Positions 8,669 to 17,780 of a stretch of DNA of 32,000 bases are shown in pieces. The stretch is from Psychrobacter sp. DM4 (GTDB taxonomy: Bacteria > Pseudomonadota > Gammaproteobacteria > Pseudomonadales > Moraxellaceae). The position numbers and the translations under genes are program-made. A model generated the notes under the pieces. It was not told where the DNA came from. It was given only the letters and a program-made list of their open reading frames with translations, and did no database searches. Within the stretch, counting starts at the first letter, position 1, and the number at the start of each line of letters is the position of its first letter. Location: NCBI RefSeq assembly GCF_051307035.1, contig NZ_CP195536.1, positions 330,001 to 362,000 of the forward strand. Direction: 5' to 3'.

Positions 8669-8961
8669 ATTCTATCGATAGTAACACCTTTAAGCTTTTG
8701 CAACTCTTTTGTTGCTTATAGGTTACCTTGTCGTTATATTAAAAACAGTCTCTTTGTCTTTTTGTGTTACTAGTCAGAGTACTAGCTACAACAAGCTTGC
8801 AAGAGAGCATAAGTATGATTATAGACTGGAACAAAAATTGCATTGTTTACTTATAAATATAAATATAAACGTCTTAATGACAAGAACTGCAAAGTCGGTA
8901 CTTTATTCATTAAAACGCTGATCAAGGATAGCAAGTCAGTGGTTATAAACAGGGATCAAGT

Positions 8962-9435
8962 GTGAGCACCTCTACAACACAGTTAGCACGTAAACAGTCA
9001 GGGTTCACCTTAGTTGAGATGATGGTGACTATTGCTGTTCTCGCTATTATCGTCAGTATCGCCGCGCCTAGTATCCGTACGCAATTAGCTGATCAGCGCG
9101 TTAAGTCGACAACGGCGACGCTTGAGAATGCGTTAAAAGAGGCAAAAGCTGAAAGTGTCATTCGTCGTCAGGATATCGTTTTGAGTTACAACAATACGAG
9201 CGACCCTAGAGTAATCACGCTGACAGGAGAAGACGCCAGCACTATTGCCAATTATAACTACAGTGATCAAAGTACCATTACGTCAGTGCCTTTGAACGTC
9301 ACTTTCGAGCCAAGCAAACGCGTGACAGCTACTATCACCTACACGATTTGTGATAATAATAGAGATGTAAATTCACGACAAGTTACGGTGAGTAATATCG
9401 CCAATATTACCAGCCAATTAGGAGTAGCATGCTAA
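8962..9435 (+). CDS. fimU: type IV pilus minor pilin, FimU/FimT (GspH-like) family
   Basis: GTG start with AGGGA upstream. Prepilin motif KQSG/FTLVEMMVTIAVLAIIVSIAAPS, then a GspH-like segment QRVKSTTATLENALKEAKAESV. It is the first gene of the minor-pilin operon. Confidence 0.75.
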   Translation: MSTSTTQLARKQSGFTLVEMMVTIAVLAIIVSIAAPSIRTQLADQRVKSTTATLENALKEAKAESVIRRQDIVLSYNNTSDPRVITLTGEDASTIANYNYSDQSTITSVPLNVTFEPSKRVTATITYTICDNNRDVNSRQVTVSNIANITSQLGVAC

Positions 9436-10106
9436 TGAGTCGGTTAAACTCCCAGTACGGTGTAGGCTTAATTGAGGTTTTAGTAGCGGTACTACTATTA
9501 TCGGTTGCTATATTAGGATTTAGTGCACTACAAGTACGAGCAGTAAGCGCTACTGATGAGAGCTTAGTTCGCACCAAATCGTTGACCTTAGTACGTAATC
9601 TTGCTGAGGTTATGCGTGCTTATCCTGACGCCTATGTTACTGGCAGCGGTACAACCTTTTCAACTGTTTTACCTAGGGATAATGGTGCGATACCAGTAGT
9701 ACAGGCAGTTGCTAGTATTCCAGCTCTGGCTTCTAGCAGTACTGACAATTATATTGTTACCATTGATGGAACAGCAATCGCTATTAATGGCACTGACAAC
9801 TGTCTCTCTACAGGTACGATAACGGTTGATAGCAGAATCGTCCCAGCGCAGTCCTGTAGTATCAATCAGCTTGCCACCCGCGATACGCTTTTAGTCAAAC
9901 AGATAGCGCGCGAGGAAGATATTGATTTGGCAGTGGTCAGATGTCCAGCTGATGTTGGACAATCTGTTATTCAACAGCAGATGTGCGTGATCGCAGCTTG
10001 GAATGATACTGAAGCTATATTAGATGACACTGACGAAAATGCTTGCGCTGACTCCAATGGTGTCTATATAAACGGTAGTCGATGCCTGATTTCGGAGGCT
10101 TACTAA
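9429..10106 (+). CDS. pilV: type IV pilus minor pilin PilV
   Basis: QYG/VGLIEVLVAVLLLSVAILGFSALQ is the PilV-type N-terminus with Glu at +5. The start is ATG 9429 or ATG 9435; the latter overlaps the fimU stop as TAATG. Confidence 0.8.
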   Translation: MLMSRLNSQYGVGLIEVLVAVLLLSVAILGFSALQVRAVSATDESLVRTKSLTLVRNLAEVMRAYPDAYVTGSGTTFSTVLPRDNGAIPVVQAVASIPALASSSTDNYIVTIDGTAIAINGTDNCLSTGTITVDSRIVPAQSCSINQLATRDTLLVKQIAREEDIDLAVVRCPADVGQSVIQQQMCVIAAWNDTEAILDDTDENACADSNGVYINGSRCLISEAY

Positions 10107-11101
10107 TGAAGTATGTGCACAAAGTAGATCGTCGTGTTACTGGTGGCCATACTGTTCAGCATGATCATCTTTATGCAAAGGCTATGGCAGGCTTTACATT
10201 GATTGAGTTGATGATCTCATTAGTATTAGGATTACTCATATCAGCAGCCGTCATACAGGTATATGTTATTAACACACGTACTATCACTATTCAAAAAAGC
10301 GCCTCTGAAGTGCAAGACACTAGTATTTTTGCTATTCAATCGCTAGAAGATCATATACGTATTGCTAATCTGGGCAACCCTATTACTAATATTACCGATA
10401 CAACAAACCATGGCGGAATTGTATTGACACCTACGAACCTAGGGGCGACCAATACGACTGCTACGACACTGCTTACCAACAGTATGGACTCAGCAGGGTG
10501 GACTGGGGTGTCTAATATCACAAACGTAGAGAGTGACCAACTTACGATTCAGTACAAAAACATCACTACCAATCCTTTATTTGATTGCGAAGGGGAGGAG
10601 ATTGCTGATGGTACAGATTGGGTCGTTGAACGTTATTTTGTTCGTCTAAACACAAACGCAACGGCGAATATAGGCGGCGCTCAAGACTTGGTATTAGCTT
10701 GCAGCGCAGGACGAGTAGCCGATGATGGCACTGTACTGACAGCTTTTGCAGGTAATGGAGAGGTCATTGTACCTGCTGTTGATCAGTTTAAAATTTTACT
10801 AGGTATTAGGATGAATGCCAACGAGCTGACTTACATAGCACCTAGCACCTACGCACAACTAACAGAAAAGCCGCCTATTACCATAGTCAAACTAGGCGTT
10901 ATTATACGTAGTAATACGCCTTTAATAACGGGTAATGATCAAGAGCGCTTTAGTGTTCTTGGAGATACTCAAAATTTAATCACGGACACCGCCCGCAGGA
11001 ATTTTTATAGAAGAAGCTATGAATCAACAATACTACTACGAAATGCGCGGATAATGGGTATAACAGTCACGTCACCAACGATTGTAACGACGACACCGTA
11101 A
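10106..11101 (+). CDS. pilW: type IV pilus minor pilin PilW
   Basis: [27 protein letters not shown] is a PilW-type N-terminus. GGAGG lies 7 nt before ATG 10106, which overlaps the pilV stop (TAATG). The ORF-track start at 10082 lacks an SD. Confidence 0.8.
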   Translation: MKYVHKVDRRVTGGHTVQHDHLYAKAMAGFTLIELMISLVLGLLISAAVIQVYVINTRTITIQKSASEVQDTSIFAIQSLEDHIRIANLGNPITNITDTTNHGGIVLTPTNLGATNTTATTLLTNSMDSAGWTGVSNITNVESDQLTIQYKNITTNPLFDCEGEEIADGTDWVVERYFVRLNTNATANIGGAQDLVLACSAGRVADDGTVLTAFAGNGEVIVPAVDQFKILLGIRMNANELTYIAPSTYAQLTEKPPITIVKLGVIIRSNTPLITGNDQERFSVLGDTQNLITDTARRNFYRRSYESTILLRNARIMGITVTSPTIVTTTP

Positions 11102-11113
11102 AGGGAGGGTAGT

Positions 11114-11956
11114 ATGACCGATCATAAAATGCTTTTGTACCCAAAAATACAGGCATCAAGTACTCAGCAAGGCGCGGTATTGATTGTGGTACTGCTATTT
11201 CTAGTATTGATTATATTAGGCGGTGTTATCGCCGTCAAAAACAGTACTACTGATTTAAGACTGGCAACTAGTGATCAGATAAATACGTTGCTTGTACAGT
11301 CAGCGGACAATGCCAATCAAAATATCGAACAAAGTATTAACGGTGGTAGTAGTGACCCTATGTATATCGCCATGACTTCAAGTGGCGGGCCATTTGGGCA
11401 TTTTATGTCCAAAATTGGTAATATCGATGATGAGTATATCTTTTGTTTTCGTCCACGTGGAGAGTTTTTTAATATCAATAGAGCCACTATAAATGTGCCT
11501 GGCGGCGGCAATGTATCAGGTAGCGATAATGGATATTGTAATCCAGCGGTGCCAGATGATTACGTGAGTCAGCGTAATGCCAGTATGACACAGGTTAGCG
11601 TCTCTCTAACGCCGCCAAACCCTGACTATGAAGTATTCCGCAATTATACGATCGGTCAAGACGGTAGCAAAATATCTAGTCAAGCGTTCCTCTTCGATAT
11701 CAATAGTACAGCAATCTTGCCATCATATGCTGGATCCTCTACTGCTGCTGCTGACTGTCTAGAACAGACCAGTAAGTACGAAAGCGTAGTAGATAAAGAC
11801 GATACCATAGCAGGCTGTATGGCTCAGGCGGGCGTACCCAGTACTGCATTATATGAGATGGCAAATGTAGAGAACCAATCTCAACGCACCAAATGTGCCG
11901 ATCTTGGCGTAGGTAATGGTAAGTCCACAGAACTGCTATGTGACCTTATACCTTAA
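11114..11956 (+). CDS. pilX: type IV pilus minor pilin PilX
   Basis: GGGAGG SD. The N-terminus QQG/AVLIVVLLFLVLIILGGVIAV is PilX-like, with a hydrophobic helix and no Glu5. It occupies the operon position between pilW and pilY1. Confidence 0.7.
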   Translation: MTDHKMLLYPKIQASSTQQGAVLIVVLLFLVLIILGGVIAVKNSTTDLRLATSDQINTLLVQSADNANQNIEQSINGGSSDPMYIAMTSSGGPFGHFMSKIGNIDDEYIFCFRPRGEFFNINRATINVPGGGNVSGSDNGYCNPAVPDDYVSQRNASMTQVSVSLTPPNPDYEVFRNYTIGQDGSKISSQAFLFDINSTAILPSYAGSSTAAADCLEQTSKYESVVDKDDTIAGCMAQAGVPSTALYEMANVENQSQRTKCADLGVGNGKSTELLCDLIP

Positions 11957-12004
11957 ATTAGAACCACAGAATGCTAATTGTAGTAATAGCATGAGGATAA
12001 AACC

Positions 12005-15000
12005 ATGAAATACCCAAAAAATGTAAATATTGAGAGTCGTGCATGGCGTATGACGACACTGTCAGTAGCCGTCATGGTAGGTCTAGCTACAGTTAGTACT
12101 CCTGCATATAGTGCTACTGGTGGCAAAAAAATTGGCGACTTAGAGATATACGAAGCTGCTGAAGGCGGTAAAGTAAGCATTATGATGATGCTAGATACTT
12201 CGGGTAGTATGTCATCTGCCCAAACGGATGTTGGATCTAGTGCATGTGACTTACCTACAGGAATTAGTAGTAATAGAATTACTACTGAACCATCTGCAAC
12301 AACCCCAAGCTATACTCGTAGATATTGTATAGCTGGTGGTGATAAGCAATACTATTACCGAAGGATTTTATCGTTCTTCAGCTCAACATGGTATCGCTGT
12401 GGTGGAAGCGCTGGTTTAGGAACACCAAATAAAAATTCTTGCAATGATATAATAAATCAACCCTCTACAAATGGATTTGAACCAGAGCCTAGTGGTTTCT
12501 TTGGGAGCACTATTCATTATTACAAATCTGAAGGAGGATCTAAATATTACGATCGCTTGACACGTCTCAAAGATGCAATCTTTACCTTGATGGATAATAC
12601 TCAACTGGATCCCAAAAAAGTCGCTATTGGTATTGGTCAATTCTCAAGTCAAAGCGGAGCAGATAATAGTGTCTCTTTTAACGCATCTGATGGCACTGCC
12701 ATCGCTGATGGAAAAAGCGGCAAGATACTGGTGCCTGCAGCCTTACTAGATGACAATCAGCGCGCTAAAATAAAAGCAGTAGTAGCAGCGGCTGGAGGCG
12801 GAAACGGCACGCCTACAGCGAACGCTTATGCGGAGGCTGGCGCCTATATGTTAGGTACCAATACACCATCTGGCTCTGAGTATAGTGGCTTTAATAAGTC
12901 AGTCTCAGCATCTAAACGCAGCGGTAACTATATCAGTCCTCTTGTATCAACTACCTCACAATCCACAGCAATATGTGATGGTCAGGGTATCTATTTCTTG
13001 ACTGATGGCAAACCAAACGGGGCTCCTGATCCTGCAGCACTGATGCGATCTGCTCTAGGATCCAAAGGCGGCGGCTTTAGCGTACCCTCTATCGGAACAT
13101 TACCAAGTGGTAGTGATAATAACAGTGGTATGCCAGCTGTAGGCGCCTTTGCTAAAGCACTACGCAATTCGTCGTTAAATCCATTGGGCGAAAATAGAAA
13201 TATCTTGACCGCTGTAGTCGGTTTTGGTTCGGATTTTACGGTGAATAGAGCTGCTGATGCCTCTTTGCCCGAAGCTAATAGAGTGATCCGTAACTTACCT
13301 GTTGTCAATTCAAAAGGCGAAGAGGAGTATAGTGACTTTTATAATTGTAATAACATTACTGACTTAGACGCTAAGAACGCCTGTAATTGGGGTGCCAAAT
13401 CGCATCCTGAATTACCAAGCAACGTTGGTGGATTCGGTGAGGGCGGGTTTTACTCAGCACAGTCTACTGATGATATTGTCAAAAGTATTACAACCTTTGT
13501 TGAGGATTTAGATCAAACGTTACCTTCTGCACCGTCAGGGACAATTACCGTTCCAGATGACCCTTATCAAGCGTCTAATCAGTTGGCTTATGCGTATCTG
13601 CCCATGCTTGCGCCTGATGTCAGCTCAAGAGATAGTATTTGGGAAGGCAACCTAAAAAAGTATAAGTTAAATAGAGGTACTCTGTTTGGTAAAAACAATA
13701 ACCGACTGTATACAAACTCTGCAGGCAACATAAGTAAAACGACGCAAGATGTATGGCAAACGGCTGATTATAAGAACTCAAAGGGAGAAACCGTAAACAA
13801 TGAGATCAACGCAGGCGGTGTTTATGCACAGTTACGAACACCCAAGTCAGATCGCGCCAGTGTACGCAAGATATACGTTGAAGACTATGAGAGTGTGTCT
13901 AACAAAAAACCAGTACTGAGAGAGTTGAGCGTCGATACTACGGGCAAGCCTATAGGGTTTAATCTACTAGTAGATACCGCTATTTATACTCAACAAAATA
14001 AGCGCCGCTTACTGAACTTCTTAGGGTTTGAAAAAGCGATCAAAGCAGATGGTCAAGAGTTAGATTTAGTTCTTAGTAGTGAGCTACCATTGAACGACGT
14101 TATCACTAGCGAACTAACTTTAGTGAAGCCCTCTAGAGATATAAAAGTCTTGGGCGGCGTGGTACATTCGTCACCTACAGCCCTCTCCTATAGCGCAGTA
14201 TTGGATGATAATGGTCGCATTACCGACTCTCGTGACGATTACGTACTATTTGGCTCGATGGATGGCGCTCTACATCTAGTGGATGCTGATGAAGGCAAAG
14301 AGATGGCTGCTATTATTCCAAGATCTATGCTCATAGCTCAACCAAGCACACTAGTGGATAGATCAACCAAGACGGAGATTGGTCAGCCCTACTTTGGTAT
14401 TGATGCACCGTGGCTTGTGACTACTGATTATAAATATGATTTGCCTGCCAAAAGAGTAAAGGTAGATAGTGCTGGTAGCAAAGGCATGTTTGCATATGGT
14501 GGTCTGCGTATGGGCGGCGAGGCGCTATACGGTATGGATATTACTGACAAATCTGCGCCTAAGATGAAATTTACTATCACTCCAGAGGGACTCAATTATA
14601 CCGCTTCTAATGATTTTAAACGCTTAGGACAAATTTGGAACAAACCCATAGCGACAAAGGTACGTCTAAAAGCAGACGACGCTAAGCCCACGAATGTACT
14701 CATCTTTGGTGGTGGCTACGATATGGGTTACGAGAGCGAAACCTATGTACCGACAGCGGCAGCTCCTGCCAAAGGCAATGCTATTTATATGGTTAATGCT
14801 CAAAATGGCGAGTTGATATGGTCAACCAGTGGTCAACTGGTCTCTAGTACAAGCTCAATCAAGAATGTCGTCAAGTCTGAGATGATTCATAGCATCGTTG
14901 GTGAAATTACTGTGCTCGATAGAGACAGTGATGGGCTCACCGATCATATCTATGCCGCAGATTTGGGTGGACAAGTCTTTCGTGTTGATTTACAGAATGC

Positions 15001-15886
15001 GCGTCCTAAAAAGTATGGCTTCACGCGAGTAGGAAGCTTTAGCGCCAAGCCCGCTGTGCGTATACTCAACACGAAACCAAATGCCGATGGCAAGTTTGCA
15101 TACCGATTCTATGAGCGTCCAATCGTCAGCTTTTACCGTAGAGAGAGCGGTCCTGACAACGGTCAGATCTTTGGACTTATCAATGTCGTCTCAGGTAATC
15201 GTAGTGCGCCTTTATCCAAGATACGCGATAATAATACTTACGCCAATCGTGTCTACGGTATCATTGATAGCGATTTGACTAGGCGCGACTTGTTCACTAC
15301 TAGTACCCTTAATATCCAAAACTTGACAGAAGCCAATTTGACCAATTTAGCGTCCACACTTGGCAATACACCAACGGATACAGCCAAAAACAACGCCAAA
15401 GCAACTATGATCACAGGGACAAAAAAAGGCTGGTATTACCCATTGATTCGTTTTGATGGTGAGAATAATGTCAAGTACAACAAAGGGTTTGGCGATAGTG
15501 CGGTCATCAACAGCTTACTGTTTACGACAGTCTATAACCCTGATAAACAGTATGGTACTGTCAATAATTGTACGGCCAAAATCAGAGGCGGCTCCGAGCG
15601 CCAGCTTTACTGCTTGCCTTATGGTATCTGTGCAGAGAGCACATCAATCACAGGCACTGGCGGGTTTATACCAGCGGGTCAAGGTATTCAGGAGCTAGTC
15701 ATAGGTCCTTACAATAAGGACAATACCAATCTTAAAGTATTGGTTGGAGTCGACCCAATTGATGAGCGCATAAAACCCACAAATAGAAAAGACTTTAATG
15801 ATGGTGGTGATGGTAGTGCATCAGAGTACATTTTTAATGAGCGTTATACCGTCCAGCCTAGAGTCTGGTACAAGCGTACTCAATAA
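12005..15886 (+). CDS. pilY1: PilY1/PilC-family type IV pilus tip-associated adhesin with an N-terminal vWA domain
   Basis: 1293 aa with a signal peptide ending TPAYSA. vWA MIDAS motif DTSGS at 12194-12208. The C-terminal PilY1 propeller region has DRDSDGLTD (D-x-D-x-D-G-x-x-D) at 14918-14944, followed by HIYAADLGGQVFRVDL. Confidence 0.9.
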   Translation: MKYPKNVNIESRAWRMTTLSVAVMVGLATVSTPAYSATGGKKIGDLEIYEAAEGGKVSIMMMLDTSGSMSSAQTDVGSSACDLPTGISSNRITTEPSATTPSYTRRYCIAGGDKQYYYRRILSFFSSTWYRCGGSAGLGTPNKNSCNDIINQPSTNGFEPEPSGFFGSTIHYYKSEGGSKYYDRLTRLKDAIFTLMDNTQLDPKKVAIGIGQFSSQSGADNSVSFNASDGTAIADGKSGKILVPAALLDDNQRAKIKAVVAAAGGGNGTPTANAYAEAGAYMLGTNTPSGSEYSGFNKSVSASKRSGNYISPLVSTTSQSTAICDGQGIYFLTDGKPNGAPDPAALMRSALGSKGGGFSVPSIGTLPSGSDNNSGMPAVGAFAKALRNSSLNPLGENRNILTAVVGFGSDFTVNRAADASLPEANRVIRNLPVVNSKGEEEYSDFYNCNNITDLDAKNACNWGAKSHPELPSNVGGFGEGGFYSAQSTDDIVKSITTFVEDLDQTLPSAPSGTITVPDDPYQASNQLAYAYLPMLAPDVSSRDSIWEGNLKKYKLNRGTLFGKNNNRLYTNSAGNISKTTQDVWQTADYKNSKGETVNNEINAGGVYAQLRTPKSDRASVRKIYVEDYESVSNKKPVLRELSVDTTGKPIGFNLLVDTAIYTQQNKRRLLNFLGFEKAIKADGQELDLVLSSELPLNDVITSELTLVKPSRDIKVLGGVVHSSPTALSYSAVLDDNGRITDSRDDYVLFGSMDGALHLVDADEGKEMAAIIPRSMLIAQPSTLVDRSTKTEIGQPYFGIDAPWLVTTDYKYDLPAKRVKVDSAGSKGMFAYGGLRMGGEALYGMDITDKSAPKMKFTITPEGLNYTASNDFKRLGQIWNKPIATKVRLKADDAKPTNVLIFGGGYDMGYESETYVPTAAAPAKGNAIYMVNAQNGELIWSTSGQLVSSTSSIKNVVKSEMIHSIVGEITVLDRDSDGLTDHIYAADLGGQVFRVDLQNARPKKYGFTRVGSFSAKPAVRILNTKPNADGKFAYRFYERPIVSFYRRESGPDNGQIFGLINVVSGNRSAPLSKIRDNNTYANRVYGIIDSDLTRRDLFTTSTLNIQNLTEANLTNLASTLGNTPTDTAKNNAKATMITGTKKGWYYPLIRFDGENNVKYNKGFGDSAVINSLLFTTVYNPDKQYGTVNNCTAKIRGGSERQLYCLPYGICAESTSITGTGGFIPAGQGIQELVIGPYNKDNTNLKVLVGVDPIDERIKPTNRKDFNDGGDGSASEYIFNERYTVQPRVWYKRTQ

Positions 15887-15915
15887 TGGATCACAATGAT
15901 AATAAGGTGCCGACT

Positions 15916-16479
15916 ATGCACACATCAGATATGTATCCTATATGTGTATCCAAGAGTAGTAGCCGCGGCTTTACTCTCATTGAGCTCATGGTCGTCGTCT
16001 TCATCATCGCCATACTAGCGGCTATTGCTATTCCCAGCTATCGGCGTTATGCGGTGATTAATGCTGAGCGCGAAGCGCAGGCCAAAATGCTACAGCTGCA
16101 AGTCCAGTTAGAGCGTTGGCGTGCGCGGGCGTTGAGTTATCAAGGGTTCTTACCAGAAGTCATCGATAGCAATACGGACGATGTAACCTATAGCTATGAT
16201 GAGAACAATAACCAGACCATCTATGTCCCTGATGGTAGTAATGCCACCAACCACCGCTATGCCATCACTCTGGTCGATGGGGTCAATACAGGCAGCTCGC
16301 TGGTCTCAACAGGGATCGTCACAGGTCGCACTTGGAAGATGCTAGCGACGCCTAATATTACGGGTATTACTACCAACGCAAGGCACATCGTACTCACCAG
16401 CACGGGTTTGAGTTGTAGTAACAGCATTGCTATTGCTATCGCCGCTGCTGATTGCGGCGCAGGTCAGGAGGACTGGTAA
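15916..16479 (+). CDS. PilE-like minor pilin (prepilin-type N-terminal cleavage/methylation domain)
   Basis: [38 protein letters not shown] lies 6 nt before ATG 15916. The alternative ATG 15886 overlaps the pilY1 stop (TAATG) but has no SD. Confidence 0.75.
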   Translation: MHTSDMYPICVSKSSSRGFTLIELMVVVFIIAILAAIAIPSYRRYAVINAEREAQAKMLQLQVQLERWRARALSYQGFLPEVIDSNTDDVTYSYDENNNQTIYVPDGSNATNHRYAITLVDGVNTGSSLVSTGIVTGRTWKMLATPNITGITTNARHIVLTSTGLSCSNSIAIAIAAADCGAGQEDW

Positions 16480-16928
16480 TGCGTATACTATCTAACAAAG
16501 GCTTTACCTTAATTGAGATGATGATCGCCGTTGCTATCATCGGCGTACTCGCAGCGATTGCTTATCCAAGCTATCAAAACTATGTCATTGAGTCCAGACG
16601 CGCGGACATGATGAGTGAGATGCACAATATCGCCTCTGAGGTTCAAGCGCGTAAACTGGCACTAGGTAATTACGCAGATATGGACGTCACTGATTTGACG
16701 GTCGGCTATCCAAGGCAAGGCGACGCGCTATACAATATTACTATCGCTCCTGTACCACTGACCCCGCCTTTGAATACACTAACTGCTAGATGGCTGATCA
16801 CCGCTACCCCTATCGGTGGGGCACAAATGGCGAATGATGGCAATCTAACCCTTAATTTTCAAGGGGTAAAATGCCGTGTCATCAGGGGCACACGCACCTG
16901 TGGTACTGGTGATGAGTGGAATGACTGA
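16479..16928 (+). CDS. pilE: type IV pilus minor pilin PilE
   Basis: [41 protein letters not shown], with later YNITIAP, ITATPI and GNLTLNFQG, parallels P. aeruginosa PilE. GGAGG lies 7 nt before ATG 16479, which overlaps the upstream stop (TAATG). Confidence 0.85.
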   Translation: MRILSNKGFTLIEMMIAVAIIGVLAAIAYPSYQNYVIESRRADMMSEMHNIASEVQARKLALGNYADMDVTDLTVGYPRQGDALYNITIAPVPLTPPLNTLTARWLITATPIGGAQMANDGNLTLNFQGVKCRVIRGTRTCGTGDEWND

Positions 16929-16937
16929 TAACAATCA

Positions 16938-16954
16938 CTGACAAAAAATGTCAG
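16938..16954. promoter_or_regulatory. inverted repeat CTGACA-N5-TGTCAG, a candidate activator (PilR-type) site upstream of pilA
   Basis: Perfect 6-bp inverted repeat. Further TGTCA/TGACA-type motifs lie at 16981-16986, 17001-17005 and 17085-17099 (TGTC-N7-GACA), all upstream of the -24/-12 promoter. Confidence 0.3.
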
Positions 16955-17115
16955 CTATTGCTAGCTTATAAATATCCAAGCTGACAATTTTTGGTAACCT
17001 TGTCGTAACATTTCCGAGTATACGAGTTTAATAGAGCTAAATAAGCTGTTTATGAAATGTGTTAATCAGTCAAAATCAAACATATGTCAAAATAAGACAG
17101 TTATCGATAAAAACT

Positions 17116-17131
17116 TGGCATGCAATATGCA
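17116..17131 (+). promoter_or_regulatory. sigma54 (-24/-12) promoter of pilA
   Basis: TGGCATGCAATATGCA has exact GG-N10-GC spacing and fits the TGGCAC-N5-TTGCA consensus. It lies 83 nt upstream of the pilA ATG, as expected for RpoN/PilR-dependent type IVa pilin genes. Confidence 0.6.
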
Positions 17132-17213
17132 ACCATTATAATAAGACCGCACTACTCCTATAACTGAAGACTAATAACTAATCGTCTTCGCTCTATCCCT
17201 AAAGGACATTCTT

Positions 17214-17642
17214 ATGAACACAGCACAAAAAGGTTTTACTCTAATCGAACTCATGATCGTTATCGCTATTATCGGTATCTTAGCCGCGATCGCTCTGCCG
17301 GCTTATCAGACGTATACCAAAAAAGCGCGTTTTGCTGAAGTGGTATTAGCCGCATCATCAGTGAAAGGCAAAGTTGATGTTTGCTATCAGACTCGTGGTC
17401 AATCTGAAGCTGCAGCTATTACAGCAACTGGTGCTTGTGCTACTGCAGATAACGTTGGTGCAGATTTGACTGGTGCAGCTGCAGGCGCTCAAGTAGATAA
17501 TGTTGCATATGCGAATGGTGTTGTTACGGCTACTGGTGCAGATAGTGTAGATGACGCAACTTACATTCTTACAGCAGCTGACTCTAGTGGTTCTTTAACT
17601 TGGGCAGAAAGTGGCACTTGTATCGCTGCTGGTCTTTGCTAG
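17214..17642 (+). CDS. pilA: type IVa major pilin PilA (copy 1)
   Basis: Short leader [40 protein letters not shown]. 142 aa with four Cys. AAAGGA SD. Confidence 0.9.
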   Translation: MNTAQKGFTLIELMIVIAIIGILAAIALPAYQTYTKKARFAEVVLAASSVKGKVDVCYQTRGQSEAAAITATGACATADNVGADLTGAAAGAQVDNVAYANGVVTATGADSVDDATYILTAADSSGSLTWAESGTCIAAGLC

Positions 17643-17697
17643 TATTGATCCCAACTCTAGTTTAGTCTTAATTTAGCTGTAAATGGATTCAAAAAAC

Positions 17698-17732
17698 AGC
17701 CCTGCATGCTGAGCCATAGCAGGGCTATTTTG
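17698..17732 (+). terminator. rho-independent terminator between pilA copy 1 and copy 2
   Basis: 8-bp stem AGCCCTGC (17698-17705) / GCAGGGCT (17719-17726) with six G-C pairs and a 13-nt loop, then ATTTTGTG. Confidence 0.55.
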
Positions 17733-17780
17733 TGCCCAGAATATTCTGATAAGTTTGCATATAACCACAAAGGAAGCGTT

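Noticed and set aside
8853-8870. ATAAAT-ATAAAT-ATAAAC micro-repeat; more generally, a search for CRISPR-like or longer tandem arrays
   Set aside because: There are only three 6-bp units in AT-rich DNA. I saw no repeat-spacer architecture anywhere in the window.
8709-8921. 70-aa ORF between comF and fimU
   Set aside because: It has a non-ATG (TTG) start, no SD and an AT-driven composition (I/L/K/Y/N-rich). It lies in the expected promoter region of the minor-pilin operon, so it is most likely non-coding.
12125-12131. A7 homopolymer tracts in pilY1 (12125-12131 and 15421-15427) as phase-variation sites
   Set aside because: The tracts are too short for efficient slipped-strand switching and are unremarkable in an AT-leaning genome.
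17706-17780. N-terminally extended version of pilA copy 2 (start 17706), and similarly pilE from 16452 and pilW from 10082
   Set aside because: The extensions begin inside a terminator hairpin or inside the upstream gene and lack an SD. Internal ATGs with strong SDs give canonical prepilin leaders.
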